Shown here one piece after another: positions 17,708-26,217 of a stretch of 32,000 nt of DNA. Both the position numbers and the translations under genes were made by a program. The stretch covers positions 973,783 through 1,005,782 of the forward strand of contig CP023991.1 in assembly GCA_003516025.1 (NCBI GenBank). The letters run 5' to 3'. Source of the stretch: Candidatus Saccharimonadota bacterium (GTDB lineage Bacteria > Patescibacteriota > Saccharimonadia > Saccharimonadales > UBA4665). Each line of letters starts with the position of its first letter. The stretch's first letter is position 1. The notes beneath the pieces were generated by a model. The model saw nothing but the letters and a program-made list of their open reading frames with translations. It made no database searches and was not told the origin of the DNA.

Positions 17708-18295
17708 TTAGGCTTCTTGAGCGCGGGCAGCGGCAAGTGCGTCGCTGTACCACTTAAGCTCAGCCAGCATGCCGTCGAGCTGCGCCTGCGGGCCGTATGG
17801 GTTAGCCTTAAGGGCTTCGCTGAGGTTACCATCGTCGTCGATACCTTCGCTGACGCCATGGAAGGCTACAAAGCTAGGGATTGGCACAGTCTTACCTTCG
17901 CTCAGGATTTCCTTGAGGTGCATAGCTGCGCGCGCGCCGCCAACCGTACCGTGCGATACGATAGCCGACGGCTTGCGGTTCATCTGGAAGTCCAGGTAGT
18001 CAAAGGCGTTCTTGAGCACACCGGGGATCGAGTGATTGTATTCAGGAGTTACAAAGATGTAGGCGTCCTGCTCGGCCAGTTTGTCCAAAAATTTCTGAGC
18101 GGTTTCGTCAACAACGCGGTTCGGGTTGTACCGTGGTGAAATCGGCTCCGCGAAAAATGGCATCGGGTAATCGGCCAAGTCGATAATCTCGACGTCTACG
18201 TCTTCAAGCTTCGCGGCCGTAGTAGCAACCCACTGTGCCTGCTTTGGTGTCTGGCGTCCTTCACGGGTCGTACCGACAACTATACCTACCTTCAT
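17708..18295 (-). CDS. NAD(P)H-dependent FMN reductase family protein
   Basis: MKVGIVVGTTREGRQT and FVTPEYNHSIPGVLKNAFDYL are typical of the FMN_red family. The start at 18295 is preceded by GGAGGAAAC. The ORF-track extension to 18397 has no support. Confidence 0.88.
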   Translation of the reverse strand: MKVGIVVGTTREGRQTPKQAQWVATTAAKLEDVDVEIIDLADYPMPFFAEPISPRYNPNRVVDETAQKFLDKLAEQDAYIFVTPEYNHSIPGVLKNAFDYLDFQMNRKPSAIVSHGTVGGARAAMHLKEILSEGKTVPIPSFVAFHGVSEGIDDDGNLSEALKANPYGPQAQLDGMLAELKWYSDALAAARAQEA

Positions 18296-18330
18296 GTTTC
18301 CTCCTGTATGGTGTTTATGATAGAAATTTG

Positions 18331-18346
18331 ATACTATAAATAGTAT
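18331..18346. promoter_or_regulatory. Inverted repeat ATACTAT-AA-ATAGTAT, a candidate HxlR/YodB-type operator in the divergent intergenic region
   Basis: It has 7-bp perfect arms separated by 2 nt. A further TAGTATA copy lies at 18356-18362. The repeat sits between the divergent FMN reductase and HxlR genes. Confidence 0.4.
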
Positions 18347-18387
18347 AGTAATCTTTAGTATAAGGCCATTGCTATACAAAGTAAAGT

Positions 18388-18726
18388 ATGAAAACAATTA
18401 CACAACCACCAACTTTGGAATCTCACGTCGGCTGCATCGCTGCCGCTATGGAGATTATCGGTAACAAGTGGACCGCCCTGCTGCTACGTGATCTCACCAG
18501 CGGCCCTAAGCGCTTTAGCGAGCTCGAACGCTCCCTAAACGGCATCAGCCCGCGCACCCTGTCACAGCGTATGGACGACCTGGAAGCTAACGGCATCGTT
18601 ACCCGCCAGACCTACGCCGAAGTACCGCCACGCTGCGAATACAGCCTGACCGACAAAGGCCACGACCTGGTGCCTATCCTCAAACAAATGGCTGTTTGGG
18701 GCGAAAAGTATTACCAGTCCAAATAG
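18388..18726 (+). CDS. HxlR (MarR/DUF24) family transcriptional regulator
   Basis: CIAAAMEIIGNKWTALLLRDL....RFSELERSL.GISPRTLSQRMDDLEANGIV.R is the classic HxlR winged-helix signature, including the conserved N-terminal Cys. Confidence 0.92.
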   Translation: MKTITQPPTLESHVGCIAAAMEIIGNKWTALLLRDLTSGPKRFSELERSLNGISPRTLSQRMDDLEANGIVTRQTYAEVPPRCEYSLTDKGHDLVPILKQMAVWGEKYYQSK

Positions 18727-19137
18727 TTATTTTTTCTCGAAATCCAGTGAAACCGAGTTGATGCAGTAATGCTTCCCGTTTGGGCTGGTCGGATCATCGA
18801 ATAAGTGGCCCAGGTGGCTGCCACAAGTAGCACAGACCGCCTCGGTACGTTCCATGCCCAGGCTGCTGTCGGGCATCAGTTTTACCGCTCCCTCGTCGGC
18901 AGCATCAGAAAAGCTTGGCCAGCCGATCAGTCCGGGCATTGTTGACTCGTATTTGCTGTCACTCTTGAACACCACCGCGCCGCAGGCAGCACAGGTGTAG
19001 TTACCGGCGTCTTCGTTGTATAGCAGTTTACCGGTTCCGGGAATTTCGGTTCCCTTTTCGCGCAGCACATGGTACTGCTCCGGGCTCAGTTTCTGTTTCC
19101 AGTCGTCTTCGGTCATACTCGTCGCGTCTATTGCCAT
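18727..19137 (-). CDS. msrB: Peptide-methionine (R)-S-oxide reductase
   Basis: It has the CAACG and CATCG zinc-binding CxxC pairs and the GWPSF motif. The conserved region HLGHLFDDPTSPNGKHYCINS contains the catalytic Cys. An SD (AAGGGGG) lies upstream. Confidence 0.93.
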   Translation of the reverse strand: MAIDATSMTEDDWKQKLSPEQYHVLREKGTEIPGTGKLLYNEDAGNYTCAACGAVVFKSDSKYESTMPGLIGWPSFSDAADEGAVKLMPDSSLGMERTEAVCATCGSHLGHLFDDPTSPNGKHYCINSVSLDFEKK

Positions 19138-19151
19138 AGCGCCCCCTTTCG

Positions 19152-19673
19152 TTATTTCTTCTTTTTCTTGTCGTCTTTAGCAGGTTCTGCCACTACTTCT
19201 TTCGGCTTTTGCAGTCTATCAAGTTTTAAGATTTTTATCAGTGCGTAAATCGTACCGAGCACAATAATAAGGTTTAGCAGCGTATAGACCATATCACCCC
19301 ATTTAAAGACTTCGCCACGGCCATGGAACTGCCAATAAAAGGTGCGCTCACTGAGCTTAACGCCACCAAAGAATAGTTTAGTCGCCGGGTCGATAAAGTC
19401 GGCGATCAGCTGCTTAACCACAGCCTGAGCCTGCGAACCGGCTACAAAACCGATCGCCAGCCCCACGATACCATTATCACGCAGAAAGTTTACAAAGCCG
19501 CCAAACTGGGCCTTGACGACGTCGTCGGTATCCATAAGTACCTGGACGCTCGGCTTCGGAAGGTGTTTACGGCCATTGCCTTTAACGTGAGCCGTCACGG
19601 CTACCTGGGCATCTTTGGTGGCCTTAACATCTTCGACTTGCTGAGATTTGGTAGTTTTCTTTTGGGTTGGCAT
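19152..19673 (-). CDS. mscL: Large-conductance mechanosensitive channel (MscL family) with a ~45-aa N-terminal extension and a Lys-rich C-terminus
   Basis: FGGFVNFLRDNGIVGLAIGFVAGSQAQAVVKQLIADFIDP matches the MscL TM1 signature. A second TM helix follows, and the tail ends KDDKKKKK. An internal ATG (MDTDD...) is an alternative start. Confidence 0.8.
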   Translation of the reverse strand: MPTQKKTTKSQQVEDVKATKDAQVAVTAHVKGNGRKHLPKPSVQVLMDTDDVVKAQFGGFVNFLRDNGIVGLAIGFVAGSQAQAVVKQLIADFIDPATKLFFGGVKLSERTFYWQFHGRGEVFKWGDMVYTLLNLIIVLGTIYALIKILKLDRLQKPKEVVAEPAKDDKKKKK

Positions 19674-19697
19674 ATCTATTATTGTATTAACATTATA

Positions 19698-19726
19698 AGT
19701 ATAGCATAAGTTCGATAAATTTGCAA
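19698..19726 (-). promoter_or_regulatory. Promoter TTGCAA-N17-TATACT (TGC extended -10) for mscL-msrB
   Basis: The minus strand reads TTGCAAatttatcgaacttaTGCTATACT, followed by a 24 nt leader. Confidence 0.5.
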
Positions 19727-19744
19727 TATTACGCTTATGCTAAA

Positions 19745-21442
19745 CTACATGGATTCCGGCGCGCCCATGCCGAGCAGGCCCAAACCATCTTTGAGGATAC
19801 CAGCGTATGCTGAAACCAGCGTCAGCCGCTCAGCTTCCTGTTCGCCGCCAATAACGCGGCTGTTCTCATAGAAACGGTTAAACGTCTGTGATAGTTCATA
19901 GAGATAGGTGCAGATATGGTGCGGCAGCATCTCACTGACGGCACTGTCGACTACTTCGGGATATTCGGTTAGCTTACGGACCAGCAGGCGTTCCCACTCG
20001 TTGAAAGCATAGCCGTCCAGCGGCGCGGCAGTGGCCTGCGCCGCCTTCGCCAGAATTGAGCGGGCACGAGTGTGAGCATACTGCAAATACGGACCGCTAT
20101 TTCCCTGCAGGCTAACTGACTCTTCCGGGTCATAAATAATGTCACCTCCCAGGCGCTGCTTAAGAAAGGCGTATTTGACCGCTCCTAGCACTACCTGGTC
20201 ATCAGTTTTACCGGTAGCCGCCTGGTTCGCTTCCGCGGCGACCATCAGGACGTCCACAGCCCGCAGGATGTTGCCTTTACGGCTGCTCATTTTAACGCCA
20301 CCGGCCAGTTTGACGATACCATGTGTCAGATGGGTACTTTTTTGATACAGTTCAGGCGCGAATTGCTCGATAGCCTTAAGGACCACCGACATATACTGCA
20401 GCTGCTCGTTGCCGGTGATGACGACCGACCGGTCAAAGTGATAATCCTGCCACTTGTGCATGATGAGGCCGACATCCTTGGCCTCATAGGTAGGTATTCC
20501 CTGGCTGTTTATAAACACCCGGGTGTGCAAACCAAATTGTTCCGCCTTAAATACAGTGGCGCCGTCTGATTCTTCGAAAACGGAACCGATGTGTTGCTTG
20601 ACGGTTTGCAGTCCGAGATCGGCGACCTTGCTTTCCGGATAGTATTTTTCAAAAGCCGTACCAATTCGGGCATAAAAGTCGTCAAAGTACTCATAACTCC
20701 AGTCGCGGCATTGCCAATAAATTCGAGCCAGCGGAGACTCATGGTCGTCATTGGTATGAAAGGCATACACCTGCTTATTGAGCTCGATCATTTCCACTTT
20801 AGCAGCCTCGTCATCATCATAGGCATTATTGCCTTTTACGTAGCAGCCGGCCATCCATTCCGCTCGCTTATCCTGATCAATTTCTTCTAACTTTTCCGGA
20901 TACACGCCACCGAGTTCACCGATGATAGCCCACAGCGTCTTGCCGACGTGCATGCCGACATCTCCACCGAAGTTTACCCGGTGTACCTGGCCCCCGGCGG
21001 CCGCGAACAGGTTGGAAATCGCGTCGCCAACCACACTGGTATATAAATGTCCGGCGTGCAGGACTTTAAAAGGATTGGGGTCGGAGTATTCCGTAACAAT
21101 TACCTGGTCTTTATAGCGGTCAGAGTGTCCGTATGGTCGAGTAGCGTCGAGTATACCGGCCAGTTCGGCGGCAAGCACGGCGTCTGTCAGCCGAAAATTA
21201 ATGAAACCAGGGCCGGCGACGGTCGCCTCCGAAACGGTCTCAGACAAATTGGTACGGATTTGGGCAGCCAGTTGCTCGGCGATTTCACGCGGATTGCGGC
21301 CAGCCTGTTTGGCGAACTGCAGTGCCACATTAGTAGCAAAGTCACCGAATTGTTCATCGGGCCGGGTTAGCTCAACGGCTACATCAAGACCAAGTACGTC
21401 TTTGATCACCTGCGACAGGTTTTGTTCAAGTTCATGTTTCAC
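19745..21442 (-). CDS. argS: Arginine--tRNA ligase
   Basis: The 565-aa product has a class I HIGH-type motif (LHAGHLY), a KMSSRKG (KMSKS-like) motif and a C-terminal DALR anticodon-binding region. It uses a GTG start. Confidence 0.95.
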   Translation of the reverse strand: MKHELEQNLSQVIKDVLGLDVAVELTRPDEQFGDFATNVALQFAKQAGRNPREIAEQLAAQIRTNLSETVSEATVAGPGFINFRLTDAVLAAELAGILDATRPYGHSDRYKDQVIVTEYSDPNPFKVLHAGHLYTSVVGDAISNLFAAAGGQVHRVNFGGDVGMHVGKTLWAIIGELGGVYPEKLEEIDQDKRAEWMAGCYVKGNNAYDDDEAAKVEMIELNKQVYAFHTNDDHESPLARIYWQCRDWSYEYFDDFYARIGTAFEKYYPESKVADLGLQTVKQHIGSVFEESDGATVFKAEQFGLHTRVFINSQGIPTYEAKDVGLIMHKWQDYHFDRSVVITGNEQLQYMSVVLKAIEQFAPELYQKSTHLTHGIVKLAGGVKMSSRKGNILRAVDVLMVAAEANQAATGKTDDQVVLGAVKYAFLKQRLGGDIIYDPEESVSLQGNSGPYLQYAHTRARSILAKAAQATAAPLDGYAFNEWERLLVRKLTEYPEVVDSAVSEMLPHHICTYLYELSQTFNRFYENSRVIGGEQEAERLTLVSAYAGILKDGLGLLGMGAPESM

Positions 21443-21449
21443 TGCCTAC

Positions 21450-21458
21450 AGTATAACA
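21450..21458 (-). promoter_or_regulatory. Extended -10 box TGTTATACT, 7 nt upstream of the argS GTG start
   Basis: The minus strand reads ctcTGTTATACTgtaggcaGTG, with no SD. Confidence 0.4.
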
Positions 21459-21481
21459 GAGGCCGATACCCGTATCGAGCC

Positions 21482-22159
21482 TTACGGCCTGGGTGGCATG
21501 CGCAGCGTCCGGACGACGTTATACATTACCAGATACATTGACGTGAGAAGAATGAAGAAAACGCTCGTCGTCAGCATCATACGGGGGTACGACCAGGGAC
21601 TGATTAGTCGGTTAGAGACATCGAACAGCACGCCGGCCGGGTCGAGTACCACATCCCAAGTGTTCCATCGCAGGTACCGGCCCAAATAAATCGCGAAGCT
21701 GCATGCCAGCAGTATGGCGGCCAGCGTCAGGCGCGTTTGCAGCGAATTGAGACGACGGCGCAGTTCGGTATGCATCAGATATAAACTGATATAACCGAGA
21801 ATTAGTCCGTTCAACACAAATGATGTGATCATAACGGCGACGTATAGTATCTCGTTATCCGGCACATCCTGCAGATGGATATAATCTGTGACGATATAGA
21901 AACTGTTAGGCAGAAAAACCAGCCACAGAACAGTCGCTGCCACGCCCTGCCAACCCGACCAGGGCCGGTGGCGCAGCAGCCGAAGCAACAAACGCGCCAA
22001 CAACAGCGGCAACCAGGCTAGCAGAAGATTGCCGATAAGATAGGTGTAGGTACTGCCAAATCCCCTCGTAATACCGCCAGCATACAGGCCAACACTAACG
22101 AGACTGGAGAATATTAGCGTGCCGCTCAGATATGGCCATTCACGTTTTACGTCAACCAT
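21482..22159 (-). CDS. DUF1361-family integral membrane protein
   Basis: It has multiple TM helices and the motif LPNSFYIVTDYIHL, which I recall as the DUF1361 signature (PNApYilTDl.Hl). Confidence 0.7.
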   Translation of the reverse strand: MVDVKREWPYLSGTLIFSSLVSVGLYAGGITRGFGSTYTYLIGNLLLAWLPLLLARLLLRLLRHRPWSGWQGVAATVLWLVFLPNSFYIVTDYIHLQDVPDNEILYVAVMITSFVLNGLILGYISLYLMHTELRRRLNSLQTRLTLAAILLACSFAIYLGRYLRWNTWDVVLDPAGVLFDVSNRLISPWSYPRMMLTTSVFFILLTSMYLVMYNVVRTLRMPPRP

Positions 22160-22167
22160 TACTGCCT

Positions 22168-22176
22168 ATTATAGCA
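22168..22176 (-). promoter_or_regulatory. Extended -10 box TGCTATAAT, 8 nt upstream of the DUF1361 gene ATG
   Basis: The minus strand reads ttTGCTATAATaggcagtaATG, with no SD. Confidence 0.45.
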
Positions 22177-22178
22177 AA

Positions 22179-23210
22179 TTAGGCGTTCAATTCGGCCTTG
22201 AGGCGCTCTACGAGCTCAACCGGAGCTGGATTAAGGCCGTTAAGCAACGCCAGGTATAACGTGACGAAATCGCCGTAGTTTGAGGCCCACAACAATTGCC
22301 GTAAGATCGTATCACCTGGAGGAGTTACCACATTTGGGCTTGGACGGCGGCCGGAAAGCAAACGCTCACTGATCTCAAACCGCTTCTGAACCCGTTCGTG
22401 CTCAAGGTTGCTGCGGATTTCCACTACCGCGTACGGCTTATCGACCGGATGACTGCTCCATCCGATAAACTCGTTGTGGTTAAACTCGGGATACTGATTG
22501 ACCCAAGCGACATTCTTGGCGTTCTCATTGCAGCAGATTTTCCATTTATTAGCCGCCGGAAACATCTTAGGACCACTATAAATCACGACCGACCGGCCCA
22601 TCAGTTCCTGGGCCAATTGCTTAGTGGGATTTTGGGCTGTCGCTACCTCGGGCCGCCAATCGGCCGTTTGATCTTTAAGCCAGTCGCCGGTGGCAGCCAG
22701 TTCCACTACACTGCCCTGCGGGATAAGACCTAAAGGCTCCAGCAGCTGCGTGAGGGCTGCCAAGAAGTAAAACGATGACATTCGAGGCTGAATACCACCA
22801 GGAATGAGATACAACGGGAGAGCTTTCGTGCCCGCGTAGTCTGCCAGCTTACCTCCAGCCGTCATCACGACGCTTTTCGCGCCACGGGCCTCAGCGTCGT
22901 GAAGCGCCGACAGAGTTTCTTCGGTATTCCCGGAGTAACTTGATGATATAACCAGGCTGTGCGGACCAACATAGGCTGGAAGATTATAATCTCGCACTAC
23001 CTCAAGTGGCACGCTGGTTCGCGGCCATGAATTCAAATACAGTGCCGGCCAGGCTGAACCGCCCATACCGGCTACTACGATATTGTGAATTTCACCAAAC
23101 TCAGGCAGTTGAACATCAAAAGTGTACTGGAGTTGTTGCCATTGCTTCTCGGCGATTCCCAAGGTATCTTCAGCGTCACGGTCATGAATCATTTTTAAAT
23201 CGTCCAACAT
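22179..23210 (-). CDS. Bifunctional phosphoglucose/phosphomannose isomerase family protein (SIS domain)
   Basis: VVAGMGGSAWPA and SSSYSGNTEETL are SIS motifs. The length from the ATG at 23210 is 343 aa, and that ATG is preceded by GGAGGA. The ORF-track N-terminal extension (to 23522) overlaps the divergent gene and looks non-coding. Confidence 0.82.
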   Translation of the reverse strand: MLDDLKMIHDRDAEDTLGIAEKQWQQLQYTFDVQLPEFGEIHNIVVAGMGGSAWPALYLNSWPRTSVPLEVVRDYNLPAYVGPHSLVISSSYSGNTEETLSALHDAEARGAKSVVMTAGGKLADYAGTKALPLYLIPGGIQPRMSSFYFLAALTQLLEPLGLIPQGSVVELAATGDWLKDQTADWRPEVATAQNPTKQLAQELMGRSVVIYSGPKMFPAANKWKICCNENAKNVAWVNQYPEFNHNEFIGWSSHPVDKPYAVVEIRSNLEHERVQKRFEISERLLSGRRPSPNVVTPPGDTILRQLLWASNYGDFVTLYLALLNGLNPAPVELVERLKAELNA

Positions 23211-23269
23211 ACATCCTCCATCTGAAATTCTCATAAACATAACCGCTACTATTGCGAACGGCTTATTTT

Positions 23270-23278
23270 TGCTATTAT
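23270..23278 (+). promoter_or_regulatory. Extended -10 box TGCTATTAT for the 23326..23820 gene
   Basis: The sequence is ttTGCTATTATatc, followed by a ~47 nt leader ending in the SD GGGGGGA. Confidence 0.4.
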
Positions 23279-23325
23279 ATCTAGTATAAAGCAAAATAGT
23301 TCTAGTTATGTAGGGGGGATACACA

Positions 23326-23820
23326 ATGTTTGGGCACGATAACCAGAGCAACGACGACAATCCGGGACAGATCACTTTACCATCAACCGAGGAGTTAGAT
23401 AAAGACATCCCCGCTACGCCTACGGCTTTTTCGCCGCAGGCAGACATTGAAACACCCGACGACCTTAAAGCCGCCACAGACGTCCTAACGGCTGCCGATG
23501 CAATTGTCGCCGGCGCGAGCACTCACGACACACCGGCTGCGGCCGCAAGCGCGCCAACCGATGTTCCGGCCGACGAATTACTGGACATCAAACAGGACGT
23601 GCTTAAAGCTTTGACGCCACTTGTCGACCAATTAGAACAAAGCCCTGAAGAAAAATTCCGAACAACCATGATGTTAATCCAGGCCTCCGATAACCATAGC
23701 CTCATAAAGACAGCTTACGACGCCGCCCAGGGCATCAGCAGCGAAAAAGAGCGTGCCCAGGCGCTGCTTGATATCGTAAACGAAATCAACTACTTTACGC
23801 AAAATACGCCAAGCGCTTAA
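23326..23820 (+). CDS. Hypothetical acidic protein (164 aa)
   Basis: It has a strong G-rich SD and is followed by a terminator. The N-terminal half is disordered and rich in Asp, Pro, Ala and Thr, and the C-terminal ~70 aa look helical. No domain was recognised. Confidence 0.7.
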   Translation: MFGHDNQSNDDNPGQITLPSTEELDKDIPATPTAFSPQADIETPDDLKAATDVLTAADAIVAGASTHDTPAAAASAPTDVPADELLDIKQDVLKALTPLVDQLEQSPEEKFRTTMMLIQASDNHSLIKTAYDAAQGISSEKERAQALLDIVNEINYFTQNTPSA

Positions 23821-23837
23821 TAACTATATTTCTATAT

Positions 23838-23866
23838 AAAAGTGACTCCGCTCGGGAGTCGCTTTT
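23838..23866. terminator. Bidirectional rho-independent terminator between convergent genes
   Basis: The stem agtgactcc/ggagtcgct (one G-U pair) has a 5-nt loop. It is flanked by an A-run upstream and TTTT downstream, so it could work on both strands. Confidence 0.65.
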
Positions 23867-23883
23867 ATATTATGTGACAAGAA

Positions 23884-24417
23884 CTAGGCCCTGCTGTTAC
23901 GGATGTACCGGCCATGAATGAAAGCACCCGCGATGGTAACAAGGAGGAATGCGGATATCATAGCATTTTCACCGGGGCCAGTGTTTGGCAGATTTCCCGA
24001 AGCGTTCGGAGTAGCTGTAGTTGGTGCGGGAGCAGGAGCTGGCGTTGATGGAGTTGGCGTAGCCGGTTTCGGAGTCGTACTACCGTCGGTTCCACTGTTG
24101 TTATTAGAGCTACCACCCGTGTTGCCGCCACTATTAGTCGTAGGGGCATCATCGCTGCTGCCATTGCCTGACTTATCGTCCTCGTTTTGCTGCTGACTGG
24201 TCGAGTTATTAGAATTGGTATTTGAACTCGCGTTGTCGCTACCGGTAAATCGCTGGATGACCCAAATACCGGCCCAGATGAGCAATCCCAGGATAATGAC
24301 AAAAACGATTATGCGAATAATCCACTTTACCAAGCCGCCGTTGCCTGAGCTGTAATACTGCTGCAGGTCTACTGGTACATCGCTGTTTTCTGATTTCTTA
24401 CGTCCAAATAATGCCAT
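23884..24417 (-). CDS. LPXTG-motif cell-wall-anchored low-complexity protein (sortase substrate)
   Basis: The C-terminus has LPNTG, then a hydrophobic segment (AMISAFLLVTIAGAFI), then a basic tail (HGRYIRNSRA). The N-terminus has a TM/signal anchor. The middle is a low-complexity region rich in Ser, Asn, Gly, Thr and Pro. Confidence 0.85.
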   Translation of the reverse strand: MALFGRKKSENSDVPVDLQQYYSSGNGGLVKWIIRIIVFVIILGLLIWAGIWVIQRFTGSDNASSNTNSNNSTSQQQNEDDKSGNGSSDDAPTTNSGGNTGGSSNNNSGTDGSTTPKPATPTPSTPAPAPAPTTATPNASGNLPNTGPGENAMISAFLLVTIAGAFIHGRYIRNSRA

Positions 24418-24424
24418 ACCCTGC

Positions 24425-24452
24425 AGTATACTCTTTTGTGAATATTATGCAA
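24425..24452 (-). promoter_or_regulatory. Promoter TTGCAT-N16-TATACT, with the -10 box 7 nt upstream of the LPXTG protein ATG
   Basis: The minus strand reads TTGCATaatattcacaaaagagTATACTgcagggtATG. Confidence 0.45.
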
Positions 24453-24495
24453 TAATAAACAGTTTGTCGCTACTATGGTTATGCTTCTAAATCTG

Positions 24496-24530
24496 GAATA
24501 AAAATAACCCCGAGTTGCCTCGGGGTTATT
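24496..24530 (-). terminator. Rho-independent terminator of groES-groEL
   Basis: A 12-bp perfect stem (24503-24514 pairs with 24519-24530) has a TTGC loop. On the minus strand it is followed by TTTATTC. Confidence 0.8.
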
Positions 24531-24549
24531 TCGCCACAAAAGCGTGGTT

Positions 24550-26196
24550 TTACATCATGCCACCCATACCGCCCATATCAGGGCCGGCTGGTGCTGCCTT
24601 TTCTGGAACTTCAACGACCAAGGCACCCATAGTCATGGCCGTGCCGGCAATTGAAGTCGCGTTCTGTAATGCTTCTTTGGTAACACGGGCTGGATCAACC
24701 ACACCGGCCGCCTTTAGGTCAACCAGCTTGGTTGGATCGTTAACATTAACACCCTGCCCTGCTTTGGCTTTCTTAACCTGCGGCAACCACTCGTCAGCGT
24801 TCAAGCCGGCATTGGTCATAAGGATGCGGAATGGCATTTCGAGGGCGCGTTGCAGCAGTTGGCGGCCAGCCGTGACCGTCGCGTCGTCAGTGGCGTTCGT
24901 TTTAATAGTGCTCACGAGGTTAACAAGCGTAACGCCGCCGCCAGGTACGATACCTTCGTCGAGAGCAGCCTTAACAGCAGCGACTGCGTCGTCAACACGG
25001 AATTTCTTTTCTTCGATTTCAGTTTCAGTAGCGCCACCAACCTTGATGACAGCCACCTTACCGCTGAGTGAAGCGCGGCGCTTTTCGAGGTTTTCTTTAT
25101 CATATTCGCTGGTTGCAGCCTGGATCTGGGCATTGATCTGGTCGATCCGGGCGCTGACTTCGGTAACCTGGCCGGCGCCTTCGATAATAGTCGTTTCATC
25201 TTTGGTGACAATAACGCGGCGAGCCGAGCCTACCATATCGAGTTCAGCGTTTTCAAAAGTGTAACCCTGGTCTTCGGTAATCACCGTAGCGCCGGTAAGG
25301 ATGGCGATGTCGTTCAGGATGTCTTTACGGCGATCACCAAATGACGGAGCTTTGATGGCAACAGTATTAAAGACGCCTTTCAGGCGGTTCAGTACCAGAG
25401 TACCGAGCGCTTCACCTTCAACGTCTTCTGCGATCAGGACGAGGTCTTTCTTACCAGCCTGTGCCAATTTTTCCAATAGCGGCAGGAATTCCTGGACGCT
25501 GGAAATTTTTTTATCGGTAATAACAATAGCTGGCTTGTCGTAGGTAGCTTCCATGCGGGCGGTGTCAGTGACCATGTAGGGACTGACGAAGCCGCGGTCA
25601 AAGGTAAAGCCTTCGACGACTTCGCTCTCCAGGTTAAGACCCTGGCCTTCTTCTACGGTAACCACGCCGTCTTTACCGACTTTATCAATAACGTTAGCGA
25701 TTAGTTCACCAATCTGGGCGTCACCGGCAGAAATAGTGGCGACTTCGGCCACGCGGGTCTTATTACCCTTAATGTCTTCGGCAAGTGTGTTAAGCTTTGC
25801 GATAACATCGCTGGCAGCCGCTTCCAGGCCCTTGCGGAGGAGCATTGGGTTATGGCCGGCGGCAATAAGCTTATTAGCCTCGTTGAGGATGTTATATGTC
25901 AGGACAGTAACAGTAGTCGTACCATCACCGGCAACATCGTTCATCTTGCTGGCGGCCTGCTTGATCAGCTCGGCGCCGACTTTATAGCCAAGCGTTTCAT
26001 CGTCAACATCAGCGATGTCGACACCTTTAGCCACGGTTACGCCGTCGTGGGTAACGGTTGGCGCGCCGTAACTCTTGGAAATAACCACGTTGCGGCCTTT
26101 AGGACCCATTGTAGTTTTCACTGCATCATATAAAATTTGTGCCCCAGCCAGTACGCGGCGGCGCGCATCATCATCATAAAAAACTTTTTTAGCCAT
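24550..26196 (-). CDS. groEL: Chaperonin GroEL (60 kDa)
   Basis: The 548-aa product has the canonical AAVEEGIVPGGG-type motif (here DEGIVPGGGV) and the GGM-repeat C-terminus (GGMGGMM). Confidence 0.98.
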   Translation of the reverse strand: MAKKVFYDDDARRRVLAGAQILYDAVKTTMGPKGRNVVISKSYGAPTVTHDGVTVAKGVDIADVDDETLGYKVGAELIKQAASKMNDVAGDGTTTVTVLTYNILNEANKLIAAGHNPMLLRKGLEAAASDVIAKLNTLAEDIKGNKTRVAEVATISAGDAQIGELIANVIDKVGKDGVVTVEEGQGLNLESEVVEGFTFDRGFVSPYMVTDTARMEATYDKPAIVITDKKISSVQEFLPLLEKLAQAGKKDLVLIAEDVEGEALGTLVLNRLKGVFNTVAIKAPSFGDRRKDILNDIAILTGATVITEDQGYTFENAELDMVGSARRVIVTKDETTIIEGAGQVTEVSARIDQINAQIQAATSEYDKENLEKRRASLSGKVAVIKVGGATETEIEEKKFRVDDAVAAVKAALDEGIVPGGGVTLVNLVSTIKTNATDDATVTAGRQLLQRALEMPFRILMTNAGLNADEWLPQVKKAKAGQGVNVNDPTKLVDLKAAGVVDPARVTKEALQNATSIAGTAMTMGALVVEVPEKAAPAGPDMGGMGGMM

Positions 26197-26217
26197 GTTT
26201 CTCTCCCCTACTTACGG

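Noticed and set aside
23211-23522. An N-terminal extension of the PGI/PMI ORF (the 447-aa version in the ORF track).
   Set aside because: The extension overlaps the well-supported divergent gene at 23326..23820 and the intergenic promoter region. It has no homology-like features, and a GGAGGA-ATG start at 23210 gives the expected ~343-aa isomerase.
24515-25264. A 249-aa ORF on the plus strand, antisense to groEL. Similar antisense ORFs lie inside polA (e.g. 5687..6140, 4496..4882) and rpoD (8365..8927).
   Set aside because: These are shadow ORFs inside strongly supported genes. Their translations are low-complexity and rich in Ser, Ala, Thr and Arg, and they have no start context or motifs.
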